DNA of 64,000 nucleotides from Candidatus Eiseniibacteriota bacterium (GTDB lineage: Bacteria; Eisenbacteria; RBG-16-71-46), in contig CAVZLN010000003.1 of the NCBI GenBank assembly GCA_963776245.1, positions 64,001 to 128,000 of the forward strand. Reading direction: 5' to 3'. Position 1 is the stretch's first letter; every line of letters begins with the position of its first letter. Below the pieces are notes generated by a model. It did no database searches and had not been told where the DNA came from. It worked only from the letters and a program-made list of their open reading frames with translations. Of the stretch, positions 1 to 9,391 are shown one piece after another. Made by a program: the position numbers and the translations under genes.

Positions 1-3000
1 CGAGCCGCCGGCGAACGCCGAGGGGTCGTACACCACCAGGTCCTGGCCCTCGCTCTGCACCGGGAAGAACCCGTACACCGCGGTCGGCCGCAGCCAGCCC
101 TTCTCCTCGGCCTCGCGCTGCAGCCGCAGCCGGCGCGGCTCGAAGTCGTCGCGGAGCAGGGCGTCGACCTCGGGCCCGCTGCCGCGCGCGCCCCAGTGCA
201 GCCGGTAGAGCGTCTTGAGGTCGATGCCCTGGTACATCCCGGCGAAGTCCACCTGCTTCGTCGCGGTGACGCGCGCGCCCCAGAACGGCGGCGGCGGGAC
301 GGTCACGTCGCGCGACACCGTCACCTTGAAGTCGCGCTGCCCGGCGCTCGACCGGGCGACCCGCGCCTCCAGTTCGGCGCTCTTGGCCTTGAACTCGAGC
401 GCCTCCTTCGCGATGCGCTGGCGCAGCCGCGGGCCCTCGATCGCATCGCCGAGCGCGTTCACGGTGTCGAGCCCCTCGAAGGCGTCCTTGCAGTAGTACA
501 CGCCCGGCGCGTAGGCCGTCTCGCCGTCCACCAGCGCGGCACGGCGGCCGAAGTTGCGGTTGATGGCGGCGCCGCCGATGAGCACCGGCACCGTGAACCC
601 GCGCTTGTGCAGCTCCGCCACCGCGATGGGCATCTGCTTGCTGGTCGAGACCAGCAGCGCCGACAGGCCGATGGCGGTGGCGTCCACCTCCCGGGCCTTG
701 TCGAGGATGAGCTGCACCGGCACCTGCTTGCCGAGGTCGAACACGGTGTACCCGTTGTTCGAGAGGATGGTCTTCACCAGGTTCTTGCCGATGTCGTGCA
801 CGTCGCCGTACACGGTGGCGAGCACGACGCGGCCCTTGGTGACGTCCGCGCGCTTCTCGAGGTACTGCTCGAGGCGGGCGACCGCCTTCTTCATCACTTC
901 CGCGCTCTGGAGCACGAACGGCAGGATCAGCTCGCCCGAGCCGAACTTGTCGCCCACCTCCTTCATGGCGGGCAGCAGCACGGTGTTGAGCACGTCCACC
1001 GCCGGCCGGCGCTTGACCGCGGCGTCCACCAGGTCCTCGATGCCCGCGGGCTTGCGGTGCAGGATCTGGAAGTGGATGCGCTGCTCCACGTCCATCGCCG
1101 CCTCGGCGGCCTCGTCGGCCCGCTCGCGCGTCTCGGGCGTGCGCCCCTCGAAGCGCTGGATGAAGGCGGCCAGCGCCTCGGGCACGCGGTCGAGGACGAG
1201 GTCCTCGGCGGCCTGGCGGTCGGCGGCGTCGATCTCGGCGTACGGCGTGATGTCGGCCGGGTTCACGATCGCCATGTCGAGCCCGGCCTGCACGCAGTGG
1301 TAGAGGAACACCGAGTTGAGCACCGCGCGCGCCGTGGGCCCGAGGCCGAACGACACGTTCGACACGCCGAGGCTGGTGAGCACGCCCGGAAGCTCCTGCT
1401 TGATGAGGCGGATCCCCGAGATGGTCTCGATCCCCGAGTGCGCGAACTCGGCGTCGCCGGTGGCGAGCGTGAAGGTGAGATCGTCGAACACCAGCAGCTC
1501 GGGCGGCAGCCCGTACTCGCGCGTCACGATGTCGTGGATGCGCCGCGCCACCTCGAGCTTGCGCGCGGCGGTCTTGGCCATGCCCTGCTCGTCGATGGTG
1601 AGCGCGATCACCGCCGCCCCGTAGCGCATGACCAGCGGCATCACGGCGTCGACGCGCTCGCGCCCGTTCTCGAGGTTGATCGAGTTGACGAGCGCGCAGC
1701 CGGGACAGGCGCGCAGCGCCTCCTCGATGACGCCGGCCTCGGTCGAGTCGATGACCAGCGGCGCCTCGACCGAGAGCGACAGGCGCTTGACCAGCCGCCG
1801 CATCATCGCCGCCTCGTCGGTGCGCTCGGTGAGCGCCATGCACAGGTCGAGCGCGTGGGCGCCGCCCTCCACCTGCTCGCGCGCGATCGGGATCATCTCC
1901 TCGATGCGGTCCGCGAGTGCCAACCGCTTGATCCGGCGCGAGCCCTGGGTGTTGAGCCGCTCCCCGATCAGCAGCGGGCGCGGCTCCTGGAGCGTGGCGG
2001 TCGCGGTCATGCCGCTCGAGAGCGCCCAGCCGCCGCGCCCGGCGCGCGGCACCGGCGCGCGATCGCGGCCGAGCGCCGCCACCATCGCGCGCACGTGGTC
2101 GGGCGTGGTGCCGCAGCAGCCGCCGACGATGTTCACGCCCAGCTCGGCGACGAACTCGCGCAGGGTCTCGGCCATCGGCTCGGGGCGCATCGGATACACC
2201 GTGCGGCCGCCGTCGTTGATGGGCAGCCCCGCGTTCGGGATGACGTGGATCGGAGTGCTGGCGTTCTGCGACAGCCAGCGCACCGCGTCGCGCATCAGGT
2301 CGGGCCCGGTCGAACAGTTGAGCCCGATGATGTCCACGCGCATCGCCTCGAGCGTGGCGAGCGCGCCGCGGATGTCGGTGCCGAGCAGCATGCGTCCGGT
2401 GGGGTCGAGCGTGACCGAGCACTGGATCGGCAGCGTCACCCCGGTGCGCGCGAACGATTCGCGGCAGGCCAGGATCTGCGCCTTCATCTCGATCATGTCC
2501 TGGCAGGTCTCGAGGATGAGCACGTCGGCGCCGCCCTCGACCAGTCCCCGCGCCTGCTCCTCGAAGAGCGGCACCAGGCCCTCGAGCGTGAAGCGGCCGA
2601 GATCGGGGTCCTCGCTCGACGGGAGCATGCCCGACGGCCCGATCGAGCCCGCGACGAAGCGCGGGCGGCCGTCCGCCCGCTGGAAGCGCTCCGCCACCCG
2701 GCGCGCGATCGCGGCGCCGTCGCGGTTGATCTCGAACGTGCGCTCGCCCAGCCCCCATTCCTCGAGCCGCAGCCGCGAGGCCTGGAACGAGTTGGTCTCG
2801 ACCACGTCGGCGCCGGCGTCGAAGTAGGCGGCGTGCACCGCCTCGACCACGTCAGGACGGGTGATCGAGAGGTAGTCGTTGCACCCCTCCCAGCGCGCTC
2901 CGCCGAAGTCATCGGGCCCGAGCTCGCGCGCCTGCAGTTGCGTGCCCATGGCGCCGTCGTACACCAGCACGTGGGTGCGGAGACGTTCGAGGATCGGGTG

Positions 3001-3006
3001 GGTCAC
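1..3006 (-). CDS. metH: B12-dependent methionine synthase, 3' end runs off window
   Basis: Manual translation of minus strand: N-term MTHPILERLRTHVLVYDGAMGT; GGCCGT and LNC Zn motifs; cobalamin-binding VLATVYGDVHDIGKN (~780-825). Missing from the ORF track because there is no stop in the window. Confidence 0.95.
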   Translation of the reverse strand, partial: MTHPILERLRTHVLVYDGAMGTQLQARELGPDDFGGARWEGCNDYLSITRPDVVEAVHAAYFDAGADVVETNSFQASRLRLEEWGLGERTFEINRDGAAIARRVAERFQRADGRPRFVAGSIGPSGMLPSSEDPDLGRFTLEGLVPLFEEQARGLVEGGADVLILETCQDMIEMKAQILACRESFARTGVTLPIQCSVTLDPTGRMLLGTDIRGALATLEAMRVDIIGLNCSTGPDLMRDAVRWLSQNASTPIHVIPNAGLPINDGGRTVYPMRPEPMAETLREFVAELGVNIVGGCCGTTPDHVRAMVAALGRDRAPVPRAGRGGWALSSGMTATATLQEPRPLLIGERLNTQGSRRIKRLALADRIEEMIPIAREQVEGGAHALDLCMALTERTDEAAMMRRLVKRLSLSVEAPLVIDSTEAGVIEEALRACPGCALVNSINLENGRERVDAVMPLVMRYGAAVIALTIDEQGMAKTAARKLEVARRIHDIVTREYGLPPELLVFDDLTFTLATGDAEFAHSGIETISGIRLIKQELPGVLTSLGVSNVSFGLGPTARAVLNSVFLYHCVQAGLDMAIVNPADITPYAEIDAADRQAAEDLVLDRVPEALAAFIQRFEGRTPETRERADEAAEAAMDVEQRIHFQILHRKPAGIEDLVDAAVKRRPAVDVLNTVLLPAMKEVGDKFGSGELILPFVLQSAEVMKKAVARLEQYLEKRADVTKGRVVLATVYGDVHDIGKNLVKTILSNNGYTVFDLGKQVPVQLILDKAREVDATAIGLSALLVSTSKQMPIAVAELHKRGFTVPVLIGGAAINRNFGRRAALVDGETAYAPGVYYCKDAFEGLDTVNALGDAIEGPRLRQRIAKEALEFKAKSAELEARVARSSAGQRDFKVTVSRDVTVPPPPFWGARVTATKQVDFAGMYQGIDLKTLYRLHWGARGSGPEVDALLRDDFEPRRLRLQREAEEKGWLRPTAVYGFFPVQSEGQDLVVYDPSAFAGGS

Positions 3007-3274
3007 GGTCGGGAAGGCGGGACTCCTTGGCGATCGAGGGTGGGGGGCGCGGCCCCGGGGCAGCCAGAGTACGGGAGCCCCGCGGAGGCGGCAAATCCGG
3101 CCCTCGTGCGTCCTCGGTGGACGGCCCGGCAGGGCCTCCGAGGACGGCGGGACCGGAGACCGGGTCCGCCGGAGGTTCGGGCTTGAACGGAGCGCGGGGC
3201 CGTCCTAGCTTTTCGCTGCCGCCCCGGCCCCGGGGCGGTGCGAGTTCGACCTCCCAACCCCACTCGGAGGAGTC

Positions 3275-4042
3275 ATGAACCCACTCAGGATGTTCGCTGT
3301 CTGCGCCCTGCTGTCCGCAGCACCCGCCCTCGCCTCACCCAAGGCATCCCCTCCCGCGTGGTCGATGAACGCCACCATCATCGAGGCGTGCTCCTGCCCG
3401 ATGTTCTGCCAGTGCTACTTCACCGACAAGCCCGCGGCCCACATGGACCACGCGGCGATGGAGCACGGGGGAGCGATGGGGCACGACCACGGCGGCGAGG
3501 GTGAGCACTACTGCCGGGCGAACAACGTGTTCCGCGTCAATCACGGCAACTTCGGCGCCACCCGGCTCGACGGCGCGCGGTTCTGGCTGTCGATGGACCT
3601 GGGGGACAACTTCGCGGACGGCACCATGAAGTGGTGCGTCGTGACGTTCGACCCCGCGGTGACCCAGGCCCAGCGCGCCGGGATCTCCGAGATCCTCGGC
3701 CATCTCTACCCGGTGAAGTGGGAGCAGCCCCTGACCGTGGCGAGCGACCTGCCGATCGAGTGGAGCCACACCGGTGACAAGGCCGTGGCGCAGCTCGACG
3801 GCGGCAAGGCCGGTGAGGTGCGCCTGGACGGCGCGGCGGTGAACCACTACGGGACGGCGCCCGCGGTGATCAGCAACCTGCGCTACTGGGGGGCCGATCA
3901 TCACGACGGCTTCGTCCTGATGCCGAACCAGGTCGAGGCCTACCGGCTGGGCCCGAACGCGTTCGAGTTCAAGGGCACCAACGGCTTCATGATCACGGTG
4001 GACGTCGACGCCAACCACTCGAAGGCCGCGACCAAGTCCTGA
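3275..4042 (+). CDS. Exported DUF1326-like protein with His/Met-rich insert
   Basis: GGAGG RBS, signal peptide, EACSCPMFCQC motif typical of DUF1326. Confidence 0.75.
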   Translation: MNPLRMFAVCALLSAAPALASPKASPPAWSMNATIIEACSCPMFCQCYFTDKPAAHMDHAAMEHGGAMGHDHGGEGEHYCRANNVFRVNHGNFGATRLDGARFWLSMDLGDNFADGTMKWCVVTFDPAVTQAQRAGISEILGHLYPVKWEQPLTVASDLPIEWSHTGDKAVAQLDGGKAGEVRLDGAAVNHYGTAPAVISNLRYWGADHHDGFVLMPNQVEAYRLGPNAFEFKGTNGFMITVDVDANHSKAATKS

Positions 4043-4162
4043 TCGTCCGAGGCGCGGCGCGCGGCCAGCCCAAGGCCGGCCGCGCGCCGCGCGCCTGCGG
4101 CGATGCCCGGCACGCTCGCGCGTCCCTTGACACTCCTCCGCCCACCCGCCACCGTGCCGCGC

Positions 4163-4636
4163 GTGGCATTCATCCTCGATCTCATCCGGCACGGCGAGGC
4201 CGAGCCCACGGCACCGGGCGGCGACGCGCAGCGTGCTCTCACGGCGCACGGTCGCGCGGATGTGCGCACGCTGGCCGAGATGCTGGCCGCCGGGGCCTGG
4301 AGGCCCGACCTGCTGTTCGCGAGCCCTTACGTGCGCGCCCAGCAGACCGCGGCCATCCTCGCGCGTCACGGCGCGCCCGATCTCGAGGTCGAGACGCTTC
4401 CCGGCCTCGGCCCCGACGGAGAACCGGGCGAGGTGATCCTCGAGCTGCTGGCGCGCCGGCCCGCCCTCGGTCACGTGGTGCTGGTCGGCCACATGCCGAT
4501 GCTCGGCCTCATGACCGGTGACTTCGCCGACGAGCCCCGCGCCTTCGCGACCGCGCAGCTCTGCCGGATGGAATTCGCGGCCGAGCCCGCTCCGGGCGAG
4601 GGCACCGTCACTCTCACGCTGCGCCCGCCGGCCTGA
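4163..4636 (+). CDS. sixA: SixA-like histidine phosphatase
   Basis: LIRHGEAE, SPYVRAQQTA and VGHMP motifs; GTG start just downstream of TTGACA-N17-CACCGT. Confidence 0.85.
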   Translation: MAFILDLIRHGEAEPTAPGGDAQRALTAHGRADVRTLAEMLAAGAWRPDLLFASPYVRAQQTAAILARHGAPDLEVETLPGLGPDGEPGEVILELLARRPALGHVVLVGHMPMLGLMTGDFADEPRAFATAQLCRMEFAAEPAPGEGTVTLTLRPPA

Positions 4637-4676
4637 CCGGTCGCATCCTTCTTCCACCCTGAACCAGGAGCATGAG

Positions 4677-5390
4677 ATGGGAATCCTCGATGGCAAGGTG
4701 GCGGTGGTCACCGGCGGCAACCGCGGCATCGGCCGCGGCATCGCCGAGTCGCTCGCGGACGAGGGCGCGCGCGTGTTCCTCACCGCGCGCTCGCCCGACG
4801 ACGCGCAGCAGGCGGCCGCCAGCATCGGCCATGGCGCGGTCGGGCTGGCGTGCGACGTGCGCGTGCAGGAGCTGGTGCACCGCGTGTTCCGCGAGGTCGA
4901 GCGCGCGGCGGGCGGCGTGGACGTGCTGGTGAACAACGCCGGCATCGGCCTGTTCGGGCCGGTGGCCGAGATGGATCCCGACGACTGGCGCGCGGTGATC
5001 GAGACCAATCTCAACGGCGTGTTCTTCTGCTGCCGCGAGGCCATCCCGCAGATGCGCAAGCGCGGCGGCGGGTACATCTTCAACATCTCGTCGCTGGCCG
5101 GGAAGAACGCGTTCCCCAATGGCGCCGCGTACAACGCGAGCAAGTTCGGGCTCAACGGGTTCAGTGAGGCGTTGATGCAGGAGGTGCGCTACGACGGCAT
5201 CCGGGTCTCGTACCTGATGCCGGGCAGCGTGGCGACCGAGTTCGGGAGCGGCCGCGCCGAGAAGTCCGACTGGGCGCTCATGCCGGCCGACGTGGCGGCG
5301 GTGGTGCTCGACCTGCTGCGCTCGCCCTCGCACGCGCTCTACAGCCGCGTCGAGATGCGCCCGAGCCAGCCGCCGAAGAAGGGCGGCTGA
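4677..5390 (+). CDS. Short-chain dehydrogenase/reductase
   Basis: TGGNRGIG, NNAG, YNASK motifs; AGGAG RBS. Confidence 0.93.
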   Translation: MGILDGKVAVVTGGNRGIGRGIAESLADEGARVFLTARSPDDAQQAAASIGHGAVGLACDVRVQELVHRVFREVERAAGGVDVLVNNAGIGLFGPVAEMDPDDWRAVIETNLNGVFFCCREAIPQMRKRGGGYIFNISSLAGKNAFPNGAAYNASKFGLNGFSEALMQEVRYDGIRVSYLMPGSVATEFGSGRAEKSDWALMPADVAAVVLDLLRSPSHALYSRVEMRPSQPPKKGG

Positions 5391-5418
5391 GGAACATCGA
5401 TGGTCGCTCGTGCGAAGG

Positions 5419-5492
5419 GCGCGGGATGAGGGCAGACCTTCCGGGGTGCTAATACCCACACGCACCCCTCCAGGCCTGCCCTCATCCCGCGC
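5419..5492 (-). repeat. Intergenic long stem-loop element, copy 1
   Basis: 17-bp perfect outer stem enclosing a core (5440-5471) that is the reverse complement of 34124-34155. Confidence 0.85.
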
Positions 5493-5508
5493 TGCGCCTG
5501 AATGCTCT

Positions 5509-6537
5509 CTACTCCGCCTTGCTGCTCTCCCCCGCGCGGACGGTGCCGGCCAGCACGTCGGCGTGGAAGGAGGAGCGCACCAGCGGCCCGCTCGCGACAT
5601 GGCCGACCCCACGCGCCTCGGCCTCGGTCGCGTACCACGCGAACGTCTCCGGCGGCACGTACTCCACCACCGGCAGGTGATCGGCCGAGGGGCGCAGGTA
5701 CTGGCCGATGGTGAGCAGGTCGCAGCCGTGCGCCGCGAGATCGTCGAACGCGCGCAGCATCTCGTCCCGGGTCTCGCCCAGCCCCACCATCAGGCCCGAC
5801 TTCGCCTTGATGCCGCGGCCGCTGTCCCGCACGCGCGCCAGCACCTCGAGCGAGCGGTCGTAGCGCGCGCTCGGACGCACCAGCGGGTGGAGCCGCTCGA
5901 CGGTCTCGAGGTTGTGATTGATGACCTCGGGCGCCGCGTCGATCACGCGCTGCAGGTCGTCCGCGCGGCCGCGGAAGTCGGGGATCAGCACCTCGATCAC
6001 CGTGCCCGACCGCCCGCGGATGGCGCGGATGGTCTCCGCGAACACGATGCTCCCGCCGTCGGCGAGATCGTCGCGCGCCACCGAGGTGATCACGGTGTGG
6101 CGCAGGTTCATCGCCGCGACCGCCTCGGCGACCCGGCGCGGCTCGTCGCGGTCCACGTGACCGTTCGGCTTCCCCGGCGCCACCGCGCAGAAGCCGCAGC
6201 GGCGCGTGCACAGTTCCCCGAGGATCATGATGGTGGCCGTGCCGCGCTCCCAGCAATGGCCGAGGTTGGGGCAGCGCGCCTCCTCGCACACCGTGACCAG
6301 CCGCTGGTCGCGCAGCATGCTGCGGGTCGCGGCGTACTCGCCGTGCCCGGGCAGCTTCACCTTGAGCCAGGCCGGCAGCCGGCGGAATTCCCCCGCGGGA
6401 ACGGCACCGGCGCCCGAGGCGCATCCGCGCGTGCGTGGGGTGCGCGGCAGGCGCACCGGCACCGCCGCGCGCGGCGCACCCAGCACCTTCAGTTCGGCCG
6501 CGGGCTCGGCGCCGTCGTTGCGCTCCTCGTCGCTCAT
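5509..6537 (-). CDS. lipA: Lipoyl synthase
   Basis: CEEARCPNLGHC, CTRRCGFC radical SAM motif, GPLVRSS. Confidence 0.97.
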   Translation of the reverse strand: MSDEERNDGAEPAAELKVLGAPRAAVPVRLPRTPRTRGCASGAGAVPAGEFRRLPAWLKVKLPGHGEYAATRSMLRDQRLVTVCEEARCPNLGHCWERGTATIMILGELCTRRCGFCAVAPGKPNGHVDRDEPRRVAEAVAAMNLRHTVITSVARDDLADGGSIVFAETIRAIRGRSGTVIEVLIPDFRGRADDLQRVIDAAPEVINHNLETVERLHPLVRPSARYDRSLEVLARVRDSGRGIKAKSGLMVGLGETRDEMLRAFDDLAAHGCDLLTIGQYLRPSADHLPVVEYVPPETFAWYATEAEARGVGHVASGPLVRSSFHADVLAGTVRAGESSKAE

Positions 6538-6538
6538 C

Positions 6539-7690
6539 TCAGTCCCTCGCCATGGCGTGGCGGTCGACCTCGCCGGTGCCCTTGAGCGCCAGCATGCGCT
6601 CGAGCGCCACGCGCGCGTCCTGCCGCACCGACTCGGGGACCCGGATGGGATTCACGACGTGGCCCTCCGCGAGGTTCTCGAGCGTCCACAGCAGGTGCGC
6701 CGGGTCGATCCGGTTCATGGTGGCGCACGGGCACACGTTCTTCTGGAGCGAGTGGACGTGCTGGTCGGGATGTTCGAGCGCGAGGCGATGGACCAGGTTG
6801 ATCTCGGTGCCGATGGCCCAGTGGGTGCCCGCCGGCGCCTGCGCGACCTGCTGGATGATGAATTCGGTCGAGCCCACGAGGTCGGCGTTCCGCACCACGT
6901 CGAACACGCACTCGGGATGCACCAGCACCTTCACCGCCGGGTCCGCCGCGCGGATCTCGTCGATCTGCGTCCGGGTGAACCGGGTGTGCACCGAGCAGAA
7001 GCCGCGCCACAGGATGAGGCGCGTCTCGGGGGCCAGCACGCGCGCGTCGGCCCGCTCCGGATCCGTGGCTCGCCAGTCCCACTCCGCCATGTGCTCGAGC
7101 GGCACACCCATCGCGAACGCGGTGTTGCGGCCGAGATGCTGGTCGGGGAAGAAGAACACGCGCTGCCGGCGCGCCCACGCCCAGTCGAGCACCGCGCGGG
7201 CGTTGGACGACGTGCACACCACACCGCCGCGGGCGCCGCAGAACGCCTTGAGCGCAGCGGTGGAATTCATGTAGGTCACCGGCACGACGGTGTCGCCGTG
7301 GGCGGCCGTGAGCCGCTCCCACGCGTCCTCGACGTCGCCGATGGCGGCCATGTCGGCCATCGAGCAGCCGGCCTTGAGGTCGGGAAGCAGCACGGTCTGG
7401 TGGGGCTGGCGCAGCACCTCGGCGGACTCCGCCATGAAGTGCACGCCGCAGAACACGATGTACTCCGCCGCGCCGCGCTGCGCGGCCGCCTGCGCGAGCT
7501 TGAAGGAGTCGCCGCGGAAATCGGCGAACTCGATGACGCTCTCGCGCTGGTAGTGATGGCCGAGGACCACCGCGCGCGCGCCGAGGGCCCGCCGGGCCTC
7601 CCGGGTGCGCGCGCGGATCTCGTCGGCGGCGAGTGCCGCATAGTCCGCGAAGGGCCTTGCAGCGGGCGTGCGCGGAGCAGCGGTGGTCAT
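6539..7690 (-). CDS. nadA: Quinolinate synthase A
   Basis: GHHYQ, FCGVHFMAE, GCSMA, YMNS, VHPEC, CPCATM motifs. Confidence 0.97.
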   Translation of the reverse strand: MTTAAPRTPAARPFADYAALAADEIRARTREARRALGARAVVLGHHYQRESVIEFADFRGDSFKLAQAAAQRGAAEYIVFCGVHFMAESAEVLRQPHQTVLLPDLKAGCSMADMAAIGDVEDAWERLTAAHGDTVVPVTYMNSTAALKAFCGARGGVVCTSSNARAVLDWAWARRQRVFFFPDQHLGRNTAFAMGVPLEHMAEWDWRATDPERADARVLAPETRLILWRGFCSVHTRFTRTQIDEIRAADPAVKVLVHPECVFDVVRNADLVGSTEFIIQQVAQAPAGTHWAIGTEINLVHRLALEHPDQHVHSLQKNVCPCATMNRIDPAHLLWTLENLAEGHVVNPIRVPESVRQDARVALERMLALKGTGEVDRHAMARD

Positions 7691-7708
7691 CGCGCCCTCC
7701 TCCCCCGC

Positions 7709-8155
7709 CTACTCGAGCCCGGAGGGCTCGATGCGCTGGCGACCCGCGAACCCGCCCTCGAGCGTGTGCCAGTGCGACACCGCGGGCTCGCCCAGCACCC
7801 AGCACAGCAACACCAGTTGGTCGCCCTTCAGGGCGTAGAAGTCGAGCAGCCCGCGGCCGACATCCTTGACCAGCACGCCCTGACGGTGGATCCGCGCCAC
7901 GCCCTCGCCGATGCGCGCCGCCAGCGGACGGCGGCGCTCGGCCATCCCGGCCAGCTCGGCGGCGTCCGGGTTCCCGGCCGACGCCCCGGCCAGCGCCATG
8001 CGCAGCGCCTCGATACTGGTGTCGAGCCGGTCGAGGTCCCGCTTGGCCTCGGCCAGCGACTTCACCAGCGGTGTCAGCTCGTGCGCGAGCTGGGTGGCCT
8101 GCTCGACGGTGAACAGCGTGATGCGCAGGCCCCCGGTGCGAGGATCAGTGGCCAC
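7709..8155 (-). CDS. DUF2203-like protein
   Basis: FTVEQA N-term, KDVGRGLLDF, LCWxxGE, WHxxxxGFAGR; GTG start overlapping upstream stop. Confidence 0.8.
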   Translation of the reverse strand: MATDPRTGGLRITLFTVEQATQLAHELTPLVKSLAEAKRDLDRLDTSIEALRMALAGASAGNPDAAELAGMAERRRPLAARIGEGVARIHRQGVLVKDVGRGLLDFYALKGDQLVLLCWVLGEPAVSHWHTLEGGFAGRQRIEPSGLE

Positions 8156-8540
8156 CGCAGCCGCACCCCCCGCCGGACCCGCAGCCGCCGGCGGACTCGG
8201 CCGCCGGCGCCTCACCCTCGGCCGACTTGCCACAGCCGCACGACTTCGCGTTCGGGTTCGAGATCGTGAACCCCTGGGCCTGGACGGTCTCGACGTAGTC
8301 GATCTTCACACCCGACAACAGCGCCTGGCTGTCGGCGTCCACCAGCACCTTCACGCCGCCGAACTCGCCTTCCCAGTCGCCGGCCTCGATCCGGTCCGCC
8401 AGCGACATGCCGTACTGGAACCCGGAACAGCCGCCGGGATATACGCTCAGCCGCAGCCCGACCACGTTCGAACCGCTGTCGCGCTGCTGGGAGATGACTT
8501 CCTGGATCTTCCTGGTGGCGGCCTCGCTCACGTCGAGCAT
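8145..8540 (-). CDS. A-type Fe-S cluster carrier (IscA/ErpA/HesB family)
   Basis: GGCSGFQY and NPNAKSCGCGKS motifs; AAGGAG RBS. Confidence 0.93.
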   Translation of the reverse strand: MLDVSEAATRKIQEVISQQRDSGSNVVGLRLSVYPGGCSGFQYGMSLADRIEAGDWEGEFGGVKVLVDADSQALLSGVKIDYVETVQAQGFTISNPNAKSCGCGKSAEGEAPAAESAGGCGSGGGCGCGGH

Positions 8541-8556
8541 GGGGTCTCCTTGAGGG

Positions 8557-9300
8557 TCAGCGGGCCAGGCCCGCGGGGTGGTCCCTGGGGTCGGGTTCGC
8601 GGCCGGCCGCGGGGTCGAGCCCCGCCACCTGCCACGCCCGTTCCGCCGGAACCCACTCGGGCTCCGGATGTTCCAGCACTGCGGCCAGCTCCCGTGCGGC
8701 GGCGAGGCGGACCTCGGCCAGCGACGGGGCGTCAGCGCCCAGCCGCCGGGCCATGGATGTCATATGGATGCCGCGAAGTCCGCAGGGATGGATGAGTTCG
8801 AACCCCCCCAGGTCCGGCGCGACATTCAAAGCGAACCCATGATAGCCGACCCAGCGCCGCACCGCGACGCCGATGGACGCGATCTTCTCGCCCTCGACCC
8901 ATACCCCAGTGCGGCCCGGGATCCGCTCCCCGGCCAGTCCCCAGCGCGCGAGCACCCGCAGGAGCGCCGATTCGAGGTCCCGCAGGTAGCGGTGCAGGTC
9001 GCGGCCGCGGCGCTCGAGACTCGCGATGGGATAGCCCACCAGTTGCCCCGGGCCGTGCCACGTGATGTCCCCGCCGCGCGCGACCTCGAACACCTCGACC
9101 CCCCGCTCGGCCAGCATCGCGCGGTCGGCGAGCAGGCTGCCCGGGCTCGGGTTCCGCCCCACGGTGAGCACCGCGGGGTGGTCCGGGAACAGCACCCAGT
9201 CCCCGGTGCGCTCCTCGGCGCGCGCGCGCGCCAGCGCCTCCTGCAGCGCGAGGCCCTGGCGGTAGCCGGTGGGGCCGAGATGCGTGGCGGTGAGCGTCAC
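8557..9300 (-). CDS. lipB: Lipoyl(octanoyl) transferase
   Basis: RGGDITWHGPGQLVGY, KIASIG, HGFALNV, IHPCG. Confidence 0.96.
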   Translation of the reverse strand: MTLTATHLGPTGYRQGLALQEALARARAEERTGDWVLFPDHPAVLTVGRNPSPGSLLADRAMLAERGVEVFEVARGGDITWHGPGQLVGYPIASLERRGRDLHRYLRDLESALLRVLARWGLAGERIPGRTGVWVEGEKIASIGVAVRRWVGYHGFALNVAPDLGGFELIHPCGLRGIHMTSMARRLGADAPSLAEVRLAAARELAAVLEHPEPEWVPAERAWQVAGLDPAAGREPDPRDHPAGLAR

Positions 9301-9391
9301 CCCTCGCCCGCTTCCCGGACCCCGGCCCGCGGGCGGCGCGGGCTCGCGGACGGGCCCCGCCGGCGTTCCCCGATCCGGGCGCTTCGCGTGC

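Noticed and set aside
196..3186. Long plus-strand ORFs here, and many other overlapping Arg/Ala/Pro-rich ORFs
   Set aside because: Shadow frames of real genes (here antisense to metH) caused by high GC
3007..3274. SAM or cobalamin riboswitch upstream of metH
   Set aside because: GC hairpins are present (~3109-3170) but no recognisable riboswitch consensus
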